A stretch of 64,000 bases of DNA from Alphaproteobacteria bacterium (GTDB lineage: Bacteria > Pseudomonadota > Alphaproteobacteria > UBA828): positions 288,001 to 352,000 of the forward strand of contig CBDEFM010000001.1 in NCBI GenBank assembly GCA_965237415.1, written 5' to 3'. Position 1 is the first letter of the stretch. Each line of letters begins with the position of its first letter. Positions 29,298 through 39,753 of this stretch are shown here, piece after piece. The notes under the pieces were generated by a model. That model ran no database searches. It was not told the origin of the DNA and worked only from the letters and a program-made list of their open reading frames with translations. The position numbers and the translations under genes were made by a program.

Positions 29298-29920
29298 GGG
29301 CCCGGTCGATGACGGTAAGGGCGATCCTCCGCGGCGCCCGTCCGGGGCGGCGGCGCCGCGCCGATATCGCGCTCGCCTGCATGGCGGTGCTGGCGCTGCT
29401 GTGGCTGGGCGCGGCCTCGCGCATCCATGTCAATGCGAGCTGGTCGGACGGCGCCTGGGGCTATGCCGCCTTCCCGCTGTTCGGCAATCCCCGGATCGGC
29501 GACCGGGTGCTGTTCGAGCCGCCGGACTCCCTTGGATCTCCGGTGCCGTATCTCAAGACCGTGCGCGGCCTGCCCGGCATGCGTATCGCCGTCGACAAGG
29601 ACAGGACGGTCCGTATCGACGGTGTGGCGCTCGGCCGGGCCAAGACCCATGCCCTCGACGGGCGGGCTCTGGAGGCAATCGCGCGCGGCGTTGTGCCACC
29701 CGGCCACTACTACCTGCACGCCGATCATCCCGACAGCCACGACAGCCGCTATGCGGAGATCGGCCCGGTGCCGCGCGCGCGCATTCTGGGCCGCGCCGTG
29801 GCGCTGCCGGACCTGCCCTGGCTCGGCCTGAAGGGGCCGCTGGTGGGGCCGGAGGATGCCGGAATTGCGCCAGGCGCCGAACAAAGCCCGCCGCGCCTGC
29901 CGGCGGGAGCGGCGCCATGA
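29294..29920 (+). CDS. S26 conjugative signal peptidase (TrhF/TraF-P-like)
   Basis: VNASWS, YLKTVRGLPG, HPDSHDSRY..IGPV....ILGRA. Confidence 0.88.
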   Translation: MRARSMTVRAILRGARPGRRRRADIALACMAVLALLWLGAASRIHVNASWSDGAWGYAAFPLFGNPRIGDRVLFEPPDSLGSPVPYLKTVRGLPGMRIAVDKDRTVRIDGVALGRAKTHALDGRALEAIARGVVPPGHYYLHADHPDSHDSRYAEIGPVPRARILGRAVALPDLPWLGLKGPLVGPEDAGIAPGAEQSPPRLPAGAAP

Positions 29921-30597
29921 GGCGGTCCGCAATGTTACGCAGCCTCGCGCTGCCGGTCCTCGCGATCCTGTTCGCGGCCGGCGCGGCATCGGCGAAGGAC
30001 CTCGGCGTGCGCGGCCAGACCTGGCCGGTCGCAGAGCCGGACCTGCTGGCGCAGATCGAGTCGCGTCTCATGGAGATGGAACGCTCGGGCGAGCTGGCCC
30101 GGCTGCAAGAGGAAGCCCGCGTCCGTGCCCGGTCGCGGCTGGAGGCGCCCGAACCGGTGGCGGGAATCGCACCGGCCAGGACCGGACGCACCCGCCTGTT
30201 CGACCCGTCGATCACCGTCGGGCGCGACATCCGTGCCGCCGACGGGACCGTGATTGCGGCCGCCGGAACGCGGGTCGATCCGTTCGCCCATGCGCCGTTC
30301 ACCCGCGACCTGCTGTTCATCGACGGCACCCGCGAGGCGGAAATCGCCTGGGCGCTCGAACGGACCCGCGACGGGGACAGGCCATCGACGATCGTGCTGC
30401 TGGCGGGCCGGCCCCTCGACCTCGCGCGGCGCCACGGCCGTCCGTTCTTCTTCGACCAGGGCGGGCGCATCGCCCGGCGCCTCGGCCTTGCCGCCACGCC
30501 CTCGCGGGTGACGCGCGACGGCGCGCATCTGCGCATCGACGAAATCCCGCTCGACGACCACGCGGCAGACACGCGGCGCGGCCGCGGCAATCCATGA
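29917..30597 (+). CDS. traW: F-type T4SS TraW
   Basis: KDLGVRGQTWPVAEPDLL, FDPSI, LLFIDG, FFFDQGG. Confidence 0.93.
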   Translation: MRRSAMLRSLALPVLAILFAAGAASAKDLGVRGQTWPVAEPDLLAQIESRLMEMERSGELARLQEEARVRARSRLEAPEPVAGIAPARTGRTRLFDPSITVGRDIRAADGTVIAAAGTRVDPFAHAPFTRDLLFIDGTREAEIAWALERTRDGDRPSTIVLLAGRPLDLARRHGRPFFFDQGGRIARRLGLAATPSRVTRDGAHLRIDEIPLDDHAADTRRGRGNP

Positions 30598-30644
30598 ACC
30601 CGCAGGACCAATCCCGATGAAGAGAAGGACAGGAGGAAACAGCG

Positions 30645-31088
30645 ATGCTGAACATGAACAGGGTGACATTGCTCGGCCGCGCCGGGCGCGATCCGGAGCT
30701 CCGCACCATGCGGAGCGGCGACCGCGCGGCGTCGTTCAGCCTGGCCACCACGGAGCGGTGGAAACGCCAGGACGGGCAGACCGAAGAGAGTACCGAATGG
30801 CACCGCATCGTGGTCTACGGGGCCGCGGTCGAGGCGGTCGAAACGATGGTGCGCAAGGGCTGCGCGGTGCTGATCGAGGGCCGGCTCGCGGTGCGCGCCT
30901 GGAAGGACGGCGAGGGCCGCGACCGGCAGGTGACCGAGATCGTCGTCGCCGGCCGGCAGGGCCTGGTCAACGTGCTCTCCGGACGCCCGCAAGCAGACAC
31001 GCAGGCGGGCACGGATACGGAGGCGGCGCCGGCCGCGGGCGGGCCGCCCGCAACCGCGGACGCGGCGCCGGCCGGTGGGCCGGCATGA
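30645..31088 (+). CDS. ssb: Single-stranded DNA-binding protein (no acidic tip)
   Basis: NRVTLLGRAGRDPELR, FSLATTERWK, TEWHRIVVYG. Confidence 0.92.
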   Translation: MLNMNRVTLLGRAGRDPELRTMRSGDRAASFSLATTERWKRQDGQTEESTEWHRIVVYGAAVEAVETMVRKGCAVLIEGRLAVRAWKDGEGRDRQVTEIVVAGRQGLVNVLSGRPQADTQAGTDTEAAPAAGGPPATADAAPAGGPA

Positions 31089-32086
31089 GATGCCGTTTCA
31101 TCCTCCTGTTGGCGTTGGTCTCGTTCGCCGTGTTTCCGGTTGGAACCGCGTCGGCGCAGACCTGCACCGGGCGCTTCGTCAACCCCATCACGGATGTGTG
31201 CTGGGAGTGCCTGCTGCCGATCTCGATCGGCCCGATCTCCATTGGCAGCGCATCGGGCGCTCCCGACACGGCCAACCCGTCCTCGCCGATTTGCCTGTGC
31301 GGCTCGCCGATCCCCCGGATCGGGCTCTCCCTCGGAGTCTGGGAGCCGGCAAGGCTAATGGACGTGTCGCGGGCGCCCTGGTGCTTCCCCAATCTCGGCG
31401 GCCTCACCATCGATCCGGGGTTGCCGGCGGCGCGCGGGCGCACCGGGTCCTCGGGCGGCGACGGCGCCTCGGGCTCGGTCTGGCACGCGCACTATTACGT
31501 CTATCCGCTGCTGTCCTGGATCGGGGCGCTGCTCGACCTCGGCTGCCTCGAAGCCGGCGGGCTCGATATCGCCTGGACCTCGGAGCTCGACCCGGCCTGG
31601 CTCGACGACGAGCTGTCCTTCCTGCTCAACCCGGAAGCCGCGCTCTTTGCCAACCTGCCGGCCCAGGCGGCCTGTGCCGCCGACTGCGCGGCGTCCTCGG
31701 CCGGGCTGCCGCTCGATCCGCTGTTCTGGTGCGCCGGCTGCCAGGGCGGGATGTATCCGCTGACCGGCAACGTCGCGGCCCATGTCGGCGGCGTCCAGGC
31801 CTCGCTGCTCGCGGCCCAGCGCCTAGTCTACCGGCTGCACCGGCTCGGGCTCGCCTGGGGCACGTTCGGCTCCGGGGCGCTCTGCGGGCGCTACCCGATG
31901 CCGGTGATGAAGAAGTCGCAATACCGCTGGCAGATGACCCAGCCGGTGCCGGCCACGACGCCGTTCCTGGGCTGCAACCCGACCGGTCGCTCCTCGGTGC
32001 TCTGGGAAACGCTGCGCGAGCTCCCGGTCGCGGGCGAGAGCTTCGGCTACCTGCTGTGGCGAAAACGCAACTGCTGTTTGCTGTGA
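31085..32086 (+). CDS. traU: F-type T4SS TraU
   Basis: CTGRFVNPITDVCWECLLP...LFWCAGCQG...LWRKRNCC. Confidence 0.95.
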   Translation: MRCRFILLLALVSFAVFPVGTASAQTCTGRFVNPITDVCWECLLPISIGPISIGSASGAPDTANPSSPICLCGSPIPRIGLSLGVWEPARLMDVSRAPWCFPNLGGLTIDPGLPAARGRTGSSGGDGASGSVWHAHYYVYPLLSWIGALLDLGCLEAGGLDIAWTSELDPAWLDDELSFLLNPEAALFANLPAQAACAADCAASSAGLPLDPLFWCAGCQGGMYPLTGNVAAHVGGVQASLLAAQRLVYRLHRLGLAWGTFGSGALCGRYPMPVMKKSQYRWQMTQPVPATTPFLGCNPTGRSSVLWETLRELPVAGESFGYLLWRKRNCCLL

Positions 32087-32130
32087 ACCCTTTGAAAACA
32101 CAAGTGAAAACCGTCCGACAAGGCTCCGCA

Positions 32131-32871
32131 ATGACCGCTATCCGCTCCCGCAACGTCGCTATCTCCCTCGCTGCTGCGATGCTGCTGGCCGCATGCTGCG
32201 GCCCGGTCCGGGCGGACGACGCCGGGCCCGTCGCCGTTCCCGGCGATGGCGCGTCGAAGGCTGCGCGCACCCTCGTCGATGAGGTGCTGCGCAAGGCCGG
32301 CGGTAGTGAAAACGGCCTCGGCGACTGGACGCAGAAGATCATCGGAGATGCCCTCGACCGCGCGTCCGGCGCCGCCGGGGCCACCCCCGCTCCGCTGCCG
32401 GCCGAACGCCACGCAGCGGGCACGCGGGCAGGTCTCGCCGGGCGGCCGAACAGCGCGGAAATCATCGTCTTCACCAGCCTGTCCGTTCCCGCCGCGAGCT
32501 GGGCGCAGTGGGCGTCCGAGGCGGCGCGGGTCGGCGTGCCGCTGGTGCTGCGCGGCGTCGGCGAAGACGGATTGCGCGCGACGGTCAAACGAATCGGCGA
32601 CCGGATCGATACGCACAAGGTCGGCATCGCCATCGATCCGCGCCTGTTCCGGCTGTTCGGCGTGACCCGTGTCCCCGCCGTCGTCGCGGTCCCGGGCGGC
32701 GTGCCGCCCTGCCGGAGCCGGGGCTGCTCGGACGATGCACAGCCGCCCTTCGATCGCGTCGCCGGGAATATCGGTCTCGCCGCCGCCCTCGAAGCCATCG
32801 CCGCCGAGGGCGGGCCGGGCCGGGACATTGCACGGCAGCATCTCGGGCGGCTGAGAGGAGAAGAGCGATGA
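32131..32871 (+). CDS. trbC: F-type pilin assembly protein TrbC
   Basis: VFTSLSVP, LVLRG, IDPRLFRLFGVTRVPAVV, DRVAGNI. Confidence 0.9.
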   Translation: MTAIRSRNVAISLAAAMLLAACCGPVRADDAGPVAVPGDGASKAARTLVDEVLRKAGGSENGLGDWTQKIIGDALDRASGAAGATPAPLPAERHAAGTRAGLAGRPNSAEIIVFTSLSVPAASWAQWASEAARVGVPLVLRGVGEDGLRATVKRIGDRIDTHKVGIAIDPRLFRLFGVTRVPAVVAVPGGVPPCRSRGCSDDAQPPFDRVAGNIGLAAALEAIAAEGGPGRDIARQHLGRLRGEER

Positions 32872-34007
32872 CCGTGGAGATTCAACCCGAGCGGATCGAC
32901 GTCCTGGTCGACCGGGCGACACGGATTGTCCGCCTGCTGGCCTGGCTCGTGGCGCTTGCCTGTGCGGTGCTCCTGTTCGCCCTCCTCTCGGCGGCGGCGG
33001 CGGCGGCGGAAGATCCGAAGGCGGCCGCCCGCGAAATCGGCCGGGCGGGAACCACGGCGGCGGGCGCGATCGCGAAGAGCGCCGGCAGCGCGGCGACCGT
33101 GCCGGGCTATGCCGGGACCGACGTGCCCGAACGCGGCATCGGGGCGGGCGCGCTACAGGACGCGGCGAAAGCAAGGCTCGCCGATCCGCACGATCCCGGC
33201 GGGGCGGCCGGGCGCGCGGTGATCGAGGGCACCGTGAACCGGCCCGCCGCGGAGGTGCCGGCGAGCGATCCGGCGGTGGTCCGCTCGGAGGGTATCGCGG
33301 TGTCGCCGCAGTCCCCGGCCCATGGTGCTTCCGGGCTCGCCTCGGGCAGCGTCTCCGACTGCGGCAAGGAGCTTGAGGATGCCCAGGATGGCGGGGCCTG
33401 CGGCGCCGTGCGCTGGTGCGTGGGCGCGGGCTGCGAGAGCGTATCGGGGCAGTCCAACACCGGGTTCGTGAACGCCACGACCCGGCTCAACATGGCGCTG
33501 GAGCTCGGCGGCGAGGAATTCGACCGCGACGACATGCGCTTCTTCACCGGCAAGCGCCGGGCCTGCACCATCAGGCTGTTCGGCCTCGCCAACTGCTGCA
33601 AGAACTCGGGCGCCCTGGTCGGGCTCGCCGGGTGCAGCGCCGAAGAGATCGAGCTCGCGGAGGAACGCAACGGCGGCAACACCCACTATCTGGGGAGTTA
33701 CTGCGCGAAGCGCACCTTCTTCGGGGTGTGCATCCGCCGGGCGCGCGCCTGGTGCGTGTTCGGCTCCAAGCTCGGGCGCATCCTGCAGGAGCAGGGGCGC
33801 AGCCAGCTCGGGGTCGGCTGGGGCGACTGCCGGGGGCTGTCGGTCGCCGAGATCGAGGGCATCGACTTCGAGAGGCTCGACCTCTCCGAGTTCACCGAGA
33901 ACCTGATGGACGGTGGCCAGGAGCCCGCGATCTCGCTGCCCGAGGCGGGCGACACGCAGTCGGTCATGCGGGACCGCGTCCGCGACTTCTACCGGCGGGG
34001 CGAATGA
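32868..34007 (+). CDS. traN: Mating-pair stabilisation protein TraN (short form)
   Basis: Cys-rich; NCCK, HYLGSYC, WCVFGSKLGRILQEQGRSQLG, CRGL, IDFERLDLSE. Confidence 0.92.
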   Translation: MTVEIQPERIDVLVDRATRIVRLLAWLVALACAVLLFALLSAAAAAAEDPKAAAREIGRAGTTAAGAIAKSAGSAATVPGYAGTDVPERGIGAGALQDAAKARLADPHDPGGAAGRAVIEGTVNRPAAEVPASDPAVVRSEGIAVSPQSPAHGASGLASGSVSDCGKELEDAQDGGACGAVRWCVGAGCESVSGQSNTGFVNATTRLNMALELGGEEFDRDDMRFFTGKRRACTIRLFGLANCCKNSGALVGLAGCSAEEIELAEERNGGNTHYLGSYCAKRTFFGVCIRRARAWCVFGSKLGRILQEQGRSQLGVGWGDCRGLSVAEIEGIDFERLDLSEFTENLMDGGQEPAISLPEAGDTQSVMRDRVRDFYRRGE

Positions 34008-34822
34008 TGACGCCCGGCATGAAACATGCGGTCGTGGCGTGTGGGGTCTCGATACTCCTTGCCGGGCCGCTCACGGCAGAGGCCGCGGGCGGCGAATGGC
34101 GGTCCTGGTGCAGCCCCGACGGCTCGAACGCTTCCCTCGGCTGGCACTTCTATTGCGACCGGGACGAGGCGTCGGAACCGGAGGTTCGTGCGCCCGCACC
34201 GCAATCCGGGCAGCAGAGCGCAACCGGGCGAATCCTGGAGATTCGCCGGCAACTGGAAGAGGCCCGCGCGGCGGCCGTGCTCGATCCGACGCCGGATAAG
34301 GTGGCCTCCTATCTGCGCCTGCAACAGGAAACCCTGCAACGCGCCGCCGCTTTTTCCGACGTGTTCCGCCGCACGGTTTGGGCGACGCCCGAGCTCGACT
34401 ACACCCTGAAACGCCCGGTCGGCGCGCTCGCCAAGCAGCTCTGGTCCGACGAGCGGCGCGAGGCACGAAACACGGCGCTGGCGCGGCTCGGGGAGCGCTA
34501 CGGGCTGATCTATCTCGGCCATGCCGGCTGCGCCGGATGCAAGGTGTTCGGCCCGCTGCTGCGTGCATTCGCGACGCGCCACGGCCTCGACGTGCTGGCC
34601 GTGTCGATGTCCGGCGAGGCGCTGGAAGGCTGGCCGGAGGCGGTGCCCGACAATGGCCGAGCCGCCAGGCTCGGGCTTGCCGGTTCCCCGGTCCCGGCCG
34701 TCGTGCTGTTCGACACGAAGACCAAGCGGGTGCTGCCGGTCGGCTTCGGCGTGATGGCCGAGGACCAGCTGGCGATGCGCATCTTCACCCTCACAGCGCA
34801 GGAGCCCGGCCGTGACTATTGA
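34004..34822 (+). CDS. traF: F-type T4SS TraF (thioredoxin-like)
   Basis: LGWHFYCD, AVLDPT, PELDYTL, CAGC. Confidence 0.92.
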   Translation: MMTPGMKHAVVACGVSILLAGPLTAEAAGGEWRSWCSPDGSNASLGWHFYCDRDEASEPEVRAPAPQSGQQSATGRILEIRRQLEEARAAAVLDPTPDKVASYLRLQQETLQRAAAFSDVFRRTVWATPELDYTLKRPVGALAKQLWSDERREARNTALARLGERYGLIYLGHAGCAGCKVFGPLLRAFATRHGLDVLAVSMSGEALEGWPEAVPDNGRAARLGLAGSPVPAVVLFDTKTKRVLPVGFGVMAEDQLAMRIFTLTAQEPGRDY

Positions 34823-36248
34823 TCCGAGAATGGGCGCGATTTGCGCCGCCCTGGCGCTCGCGCTGACGGGCGCCATTCCCGGTGCAGGCCCCGCCTCCGC
34901 CGACGTGCTGTCGGAGATGAACCGCTTCTGGCAGGGCGCGGCGGTCAACACCACCGGCCCGACCGCGTTCCAGGGCCAGGCCTCGGGCCACTGGACGCTC
35001 GGCAATCTCTATCTGAGATCGCCGGTGCGCTCGGAGCAGGTCGCGACGGTGAACCTGCCCTCGTTCCGGGCCGGCTGCGGCGGCATCGACGCCTTCGCCG
35101 GCGCCTTCTCCTTCATCGACTCCGACCAGTTGATCGCGTTTGCCCGCGCGGTCGCCCAGAACGCCGCCGGCTTCGCCTTCGAGCTCGCCCTGGAGACCAT
35201 CTCGCCGGTGATCGCCGAGACCATGTCGAAGCTGCGGGCGCTGGCGCAGTGGGTCAACAGCCAGAACCTGAACAGCTGCGAGACCGCCCAGGCGCTGGTC
35301 GGCGCCGCGTGGTCGAAGAACGACCGTGCATCCGCCTCGATCTGCGCCGCCATCGGCACGTCGCAGGGGATCTTCTCGGACTATGCCGCGGCCAAGCACG
35401 GCTGCGGCTCGGAGGGCAAGCGCAACTCGACGCTGGCGTCCGCCTCGGGCGCCATGGCCGACCAGGTGCCGGTCAATGTCAACTATGCCTGGAAGGCGGT
35501 TCGGGCGTCGTCCTTCCTCGCGGGGGATGCGCAGCTTGCGGAGTTCGCGATGTCGGTCACCGGCACGGTGATCGTCACCGCGCCGACCTCGGACGGGGAT
35601 TCGTCGGGTCCGCGCGTCCGCATCCTCGAGCCGCTGGCCCTCGACCGCCGCGTGACGGAAATCCTGATGGAGGGCGGTGGCGACCTGCCGGTCTATCGCT
35701 GCGATACGACGGCGCTCTGCCTCAACCCGACGCTCGGGCGGGTGACCATACCGGCCGACCGGGGCTTCCGGGCCCGCGTCGCCGACCTGCTGCGCGATCT
35801 GGTCGACGCGGTACGGACCGACACCGCGCCGCCGGCCGAAGCGCTCGGGCTGGTCAACCTCACCACGCTTCCGGTCTACCGGGTCGCCAATACCGCCGCG
35901 GCCTATCGCGGCGCGGTGGTCGACCAGGAGATGGACGCGCTGGCCGAAGCCGTCGCGCTCGACATATTGCAGGTCTGGATCTCGGACCTGCACCGCACCG
36001 TCGAGGAACGCGCCGGGACGCTGGACATCGCCGACGGCGAGCAGTTGCGGCGCTGGCGCGAGGGGCTGCGCGCCAACCGCATTGCGCTCGCCCGCCACCG
36101 CCACGAGGGGCTGGAGCGTTTCAACACGGCGCTCTCCGTGGTCGAGAAGCTGCGCCTGATCGAGACCGAGCTCGCCGGTGCGCTCAGCGCCGACCTGCGT
36201 GCCGCCCTGGCCTTCGCGCGCGGCGGCGCCGGCGCCGGATCGCGATAG
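34812..36248 (+). CDS. traH: F-type T4SS TraH
   Basis: AFQGQASG, LPSFRAGCGGIDAFAGAFSFI, NLNSCETAQALV. Confidence 0.95.
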   Translation: MTIDPRMGAICAALALALTGAIPGAGPASADVLSEMNRFWQGAAVNTTGPTAFQGQASGHWTLGNLYLRSPVRSEQVATVNLPSFRAGCGGIDAFAGAFSFIDSDQLIAFARAVAQNAAGFAFELALETISPVIAETMSKLRALAQWVNSQNLNSCETAQALVGAAWSKNDRASASICAAIGTSQGIFSDYAAAKHGCGSEGKRNSTLASASGAMADQVPVNVNYAWKAVRASSFLAGDAQLAEFAMSVTGTVIVTAPTSDGDSSGPRVRILEPLALDRRVTEILMEGGGDLPVYRCDTTALCLNPTLGRVTIPADRGFRARVADLLRDLVDAVRTDTAPPAEALGLVNLTTLPVYRVANTAAAYRGAVVDQEMDALAEAVALDILQVWISDLHRTVEERAGTLDIADGEQLRRWREGLRANRIALARHRHEGLERFNTALSVVEKLRLIETELAGALSADLRAALAFARGGAGAGSR

Positions 36249-36251
36249 CGC

Positions 36252-39215
36252 ATGTTCGAACTCTTCACCCTCGGCGGCGGCACCTACCTGGTCGACCTGC
36301 TGAACGCGGTCGCCGCGATCACCGGCGGCGATGCCTATGTGACGCTGGCCCAGCTCGCGGGCGCGGCGGGCCTCGCCTGGGTCCTGTTCAGAACGGCGTT
36401 CGGCGGCTCGTGGAAGGACAATGCGAAGTGGATGCTGCTGTTCGTCGCCGTCTGGGGCGCGATGATCGTGCCCAAGGCGACGGTCCGGGTGGTCGACCGG
36501 ATCGACCCGGCGCTCGCGCCCGCCGTGGTCGCCAATGTGCCGATCGGTCTCGCGCTGTTCGCGTCATTGACCTCGCAGGTCGGCGACGGGCTGACGCGGC
36601 TCACCGAACAGGCCTTCACCCTGCCGGACGATCTCGCCTACCAGCGTCACGGCATGATCTTCGGGGCGCGCCTGGCCGCCGCCGCGACCCGCCTCGAAAT
36701 CACCGACACCGTGTTCGCCCGCAACCTCCGCAACTACGCCCGACAATGCATCTTCCACGCCCTGCTGCTCGGCCATATAACCGCCGACGATCTGCGCGAA
36801 TCGACCGATATATGGCGGCTGGTCACGGCTACCGGTTCGCCCTCGGCGGGCGCCTCGCCCGCGCGCATGTTCGAGTTCGCGACCCGGCTGCCCGCCGTCG
36901 GCACCGGGGCGACCCCGATGATGCGCGAGATCGTCACCTGCCAGGTCGGCGCGGGCCGGCTCAACGCGCTCTGGGCGGGCGAGATCGCACGGGCCGGCAC
37001 GGTGTTCGGGCGAAGGCTGTTCCCGGGCGAACGCACCGACGCGCTCGCCCGCGCGGAGTTTCTGGCGGCCCTGCCCGCCGCCCACGACTTCCTGGTCGGC
37101 GCCTCGCGCTCGGCCGGCGAGATCATGCGCCAGCAGATGGTGCTGAACGCGATCCACGACGCCGGCGAGCAATGGGCGGCGGAAGCCGGCAACGCCGCCG
37201 CCTTGCGCTCCTATACCGAGGCCCGCGCCGAGGCCCAGACCGTGTCCGCCTACCGGGCCATCGGCAGGCAGGCCGAGACCTGGGTGCCGCTGCTGCGCAT
37301 CGTCTTCGAGTGCCTCTATATCGGCGCCTTCCCGATGGCGGTGCTGCTGATGCTGACCCCGGCGGGGACCGCGATATTCCGCTCCTATGTCACGGGGTTG
37401 GTCTGGCTCCAGTCCTGGGGGCCGCTCTACGCCGTCCTGCACCGTATCGCCATGGGCGAGGCGGCCGAGCGCATGAACGCCATCGCGGCGATGCCGGGCG
37501 GCGATATCGGCATCTCGCTGGTGGCGCAGGCCGGAATCCGCGCCGTGGCGTCGGATGTCGCGGTGATGTCGGGCTATCTCTCGATGTCGGTGCCGTTCCT
37601 CGCCGCGGCGCTCGCCTACGGGCTTTCCAAGGCGACGGTGCTCGCGACCTCGGTGCTGGCCGTCGGCCAGGACGCGGCCTCCTCGGCGGCGCATGAAAGC
37701 ACGACCGGCAACCTGTCGCTCGCCAACACGAGCCAGGATACCCATCGCTTCGCCACGCTGGAGGGGCGCCAGATCCGCACGTCGGCCCATGTCGATACCG
37801 ACCGCTATACCGGCTATGCGCCGGCCGGCGCCGGGATGACGGTGACCGGCGACGGCACTGTGGTGGCGGATGCCGGGGGCGCAACCAGCCGCATACCGGC
37901 CGCCGGGGTCAGGTTGTCGGAGTCTCTGGCGACCAGCCACGAGAACCGCGCGTCCGAGGCGCGCACCCTGTCGCGCCACTGGTCGGCGGAGGCCGGCATG
38001 GCGCGCAACGCAGCCGTGACCGACGCCACTCAATTGGTCGAGCGCTACAGCCATGACGTTAATACGGGCGAGGCCCATGCCCGCGGGGTTACGGAAAGCG
38101 AGAGTTCCCAGGCGCAGGCGCTCGAATCGCATGTCGAGAAGATGTCGGAGACGGCCGGGATCACCCGGAACCAGATGGCGACCCTCGTCGGCGAGGCGAA
38201 GGTCGGCGGAGGCTGGGACTTCATCGTGAAGATCGGCGCCGACGGCTCGGCGTCATGGCGCGGCCAGACCATCGAGAAGGAGGCCTGGAACCGCGTGAAG
38301 GACTATGACGAGAGCAATCAGGTGACCGAGCTCTGGTCGCGCGTCTCGGACGCCTCGCGCCGCTATTCCACCGCCACCGGCGAGAGCGAGGTGGCGAGCC
38401 TCGACGAGAGCCTGTCGGCCAATCTCACCCGCATGCGCCGCTTCGAGGAGCGCGCTTCGCTCTCGCGCCAGGAATCCGAGACCTGGTCGGAGCAGGCGGC
38501 GCAGGTCCGCTCCGACGCCCAGTCGATCGAGCGCGAGCTCGGCCAGCCCTTCTTCGCCTGGCTGTCGGAGCGCGAGGGCGCGGACGGCCGGCCGATCGGC
38601 GCCGCCGGCGCGATGCGCCTCGCCTCGCCCCAGACCGCGGAGGATGCCGAGTCCTTGCGCGAGCACGCCGCCGCCTTCATCGCGGAGCGCTTCCCGGCGC
38701 CGGCCGGGCCGGATCCGGCGACGATCGGCGGCGAAGCGGAATACGGCGCGGCCCGTAACACCCTTTCCGAATCTTACGCCCGCGAGACCGCGGCCGCCCA
38801 TGGCGGCTGGTCCGAGGGCGTGCGCGACCGGGCCTATGTCGCCGGCGCGCCGATACCGGGCGAGGTGGAGGCGGCGGCCCGGGGCGAGCGGGCAGGAACG
38901 CGTGCCGACATGATGGTGAGCGAGGCCGGGCGCGAGGCGCGGACCGGACTGACGCAGCAGAAGGCGCGGGAAGGCCGCGTCGGCGTGGCGGTCGAGACGG
39001 AGAGGCCGTTCGAGGAACACGCCACCCGGGACCTGCCGGTGGTCGGCGACTGGCTCGCGGGCAAGCTCTACGGCACCGCGAAGAACGCCGTGCCGGACGG
39101 CAACGACGTATCGGGCGAGGACGCAGGGAGCGATGCCGGGGACGCGGAGACCCCGGCGCGCCCGTCCGCCGAAGACATGAAGCGGTGGCGCCACGGCGGC
39201 CGGAACAGGGATTAG
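36252..39215 (+). CDS. traG: F-type T4SS TraG
   Basis: LFTLGGG.YL..LLNAVA, VANVPIGLA, LVWLQSWGPLYAVL; long polar C-terminus. Confidence 0.93.
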   Translation: MFELFTLGGGTYLVDLLNAVAAITGGDAYVTLAQLAGAAGLAWVLFRTAFGGSWKDNAKWMLLFVAVWGAMIVPKATVRVVDRIDPALAPAVVANVPIGLALFASLTSQVGDGLTRLTEQAFTLPDDLAYQRHGMIFGARLAAAATRLEITDTVFARNLRNYARQCIFHALLLGHITADDLRESTDIWRLVTATGSPSAGASPARMFEFATRLPAVGTGATPMMREIVTCQVGAGRLNALWAGEIARAGTVFGRRLFPGERTDALARAEFLAALPAAHDFLVGASRSAGEIMRQQMVLNAIHDAGEQWAAEAGNAAALRSYTEARAEAQTVSAYRAIGRQAETWVPLLRIVFECLYIGAFPMAVLLMLTPAGTAIFRSYVTGLVWLQSWGPLYAVLHRIAMGEAAERMNAIAAMPGGDIGISLVAQAGIRAVASDVAVMSGYLSMSVPFLAAALAYGLSKATVLATSVLAVGQDAASSAAHESTTGNLSLANTSQDTHRFATLEGRQIRTSAHVDTDRYTGYAPAGAGMTVTGDGTVVADAGGATSRIPAAGVRLSESLATSHENRASEARTLSRHWSAEAGMARNAAVTDATQLVERYSHDVNTGEAHARGVTESESSQAQALESHVEKMSETAGITRNQMATLVGEAKVGGGWDFIVKIGADGSASWRGQTIEKEAWNRVKDYDESNQVTELWSRVSDASRRYSTATGESEVASLDESLSANLTRMRRFEERASLSRQESETWSEQAAQVRSDAQSIERELGQPFFAWLSEREGADGRPIGAAGAMRLASPQTAEDAESLREHAAAFIAERFPAPAGPDPATIGGEAEYGAARNTLSESYARETAAAHGGWSEGVRDRAYVAGAPIPGEVEAAARGERAGTRADMMVSEAGREARTGLTQQKAREGRVGVAVETERPFEEHATRDLPVVGDWLAGKLYGTAKNAVPDGNDVSGEDAGSDAGDAETPARPSAEDMKRWRHGGRNRD

Positions 39216-39226
39216 GCGTGACGGTG

Positions 39227-39586
39227 TCAGCGCAAATGATTGTCGTCGTGCAGCAGCCGGTCTTCGTCCTCGCCGAGCCAGTCATAGCGGCCTGTGCGGG
39301 ACGCAAACTCGTCGATGTCCCCGTCATCCTCCGGAAACCGGTGGCGGCGGAAGGCGGACCAGTCGCCGTGCCGGAAACCGTGCAGGAGCGCGCCCGCGAG
39401 GCTGGCGAGCACCGTCCAGGCGATGGCCGCCAGCCACAGCGGCCCGAGGAGCGCGGTATCGGCGCCGGAGCCGAGCGCGGCGCCGGTCGCGAGGACGGCG
39501 AGCGCGAGCGGGCCGAGCACGGCGGCGGGCGCGCGCCAGGCCGCGCGGCGGCCGCTCTGCGTGGACATCGTTTGCACCATGGTCAT
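39227..39586 (-). CDS. Small two-TM membrane protein, possible entry-exclusion factor
   Basis: Two hydrophobic helices; convergent with traG. Confidence 0.55.
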   Translation of the reverse strand: MTMVQTMSTQSGRRAAWRAPAAVLGPLALAVLATGAALGSGADTALLGPLWLAAIAWTVLASLAGALLHGFRHGDWSAFRRHRFPEDDGDIDEFASRTGRYDWLGEDEDRLLHDDNHLR

Positions 39587-39753
39587 GACCTCCGGGCATA
39601 CACAGGGGATTGCGTTGCGGATCGGGCCGGCGAAGCGCGCTTCACCCTCTCCGCCCCGGGTCCCTTCGCCCCGCCCCCCGCCCGCCTCGACCTCCGGGCG
39701 CAGCGAAGCAGGCGCCTGTCGAAGACACCGGATTGTTCGGGGAGGCCCCTGCC

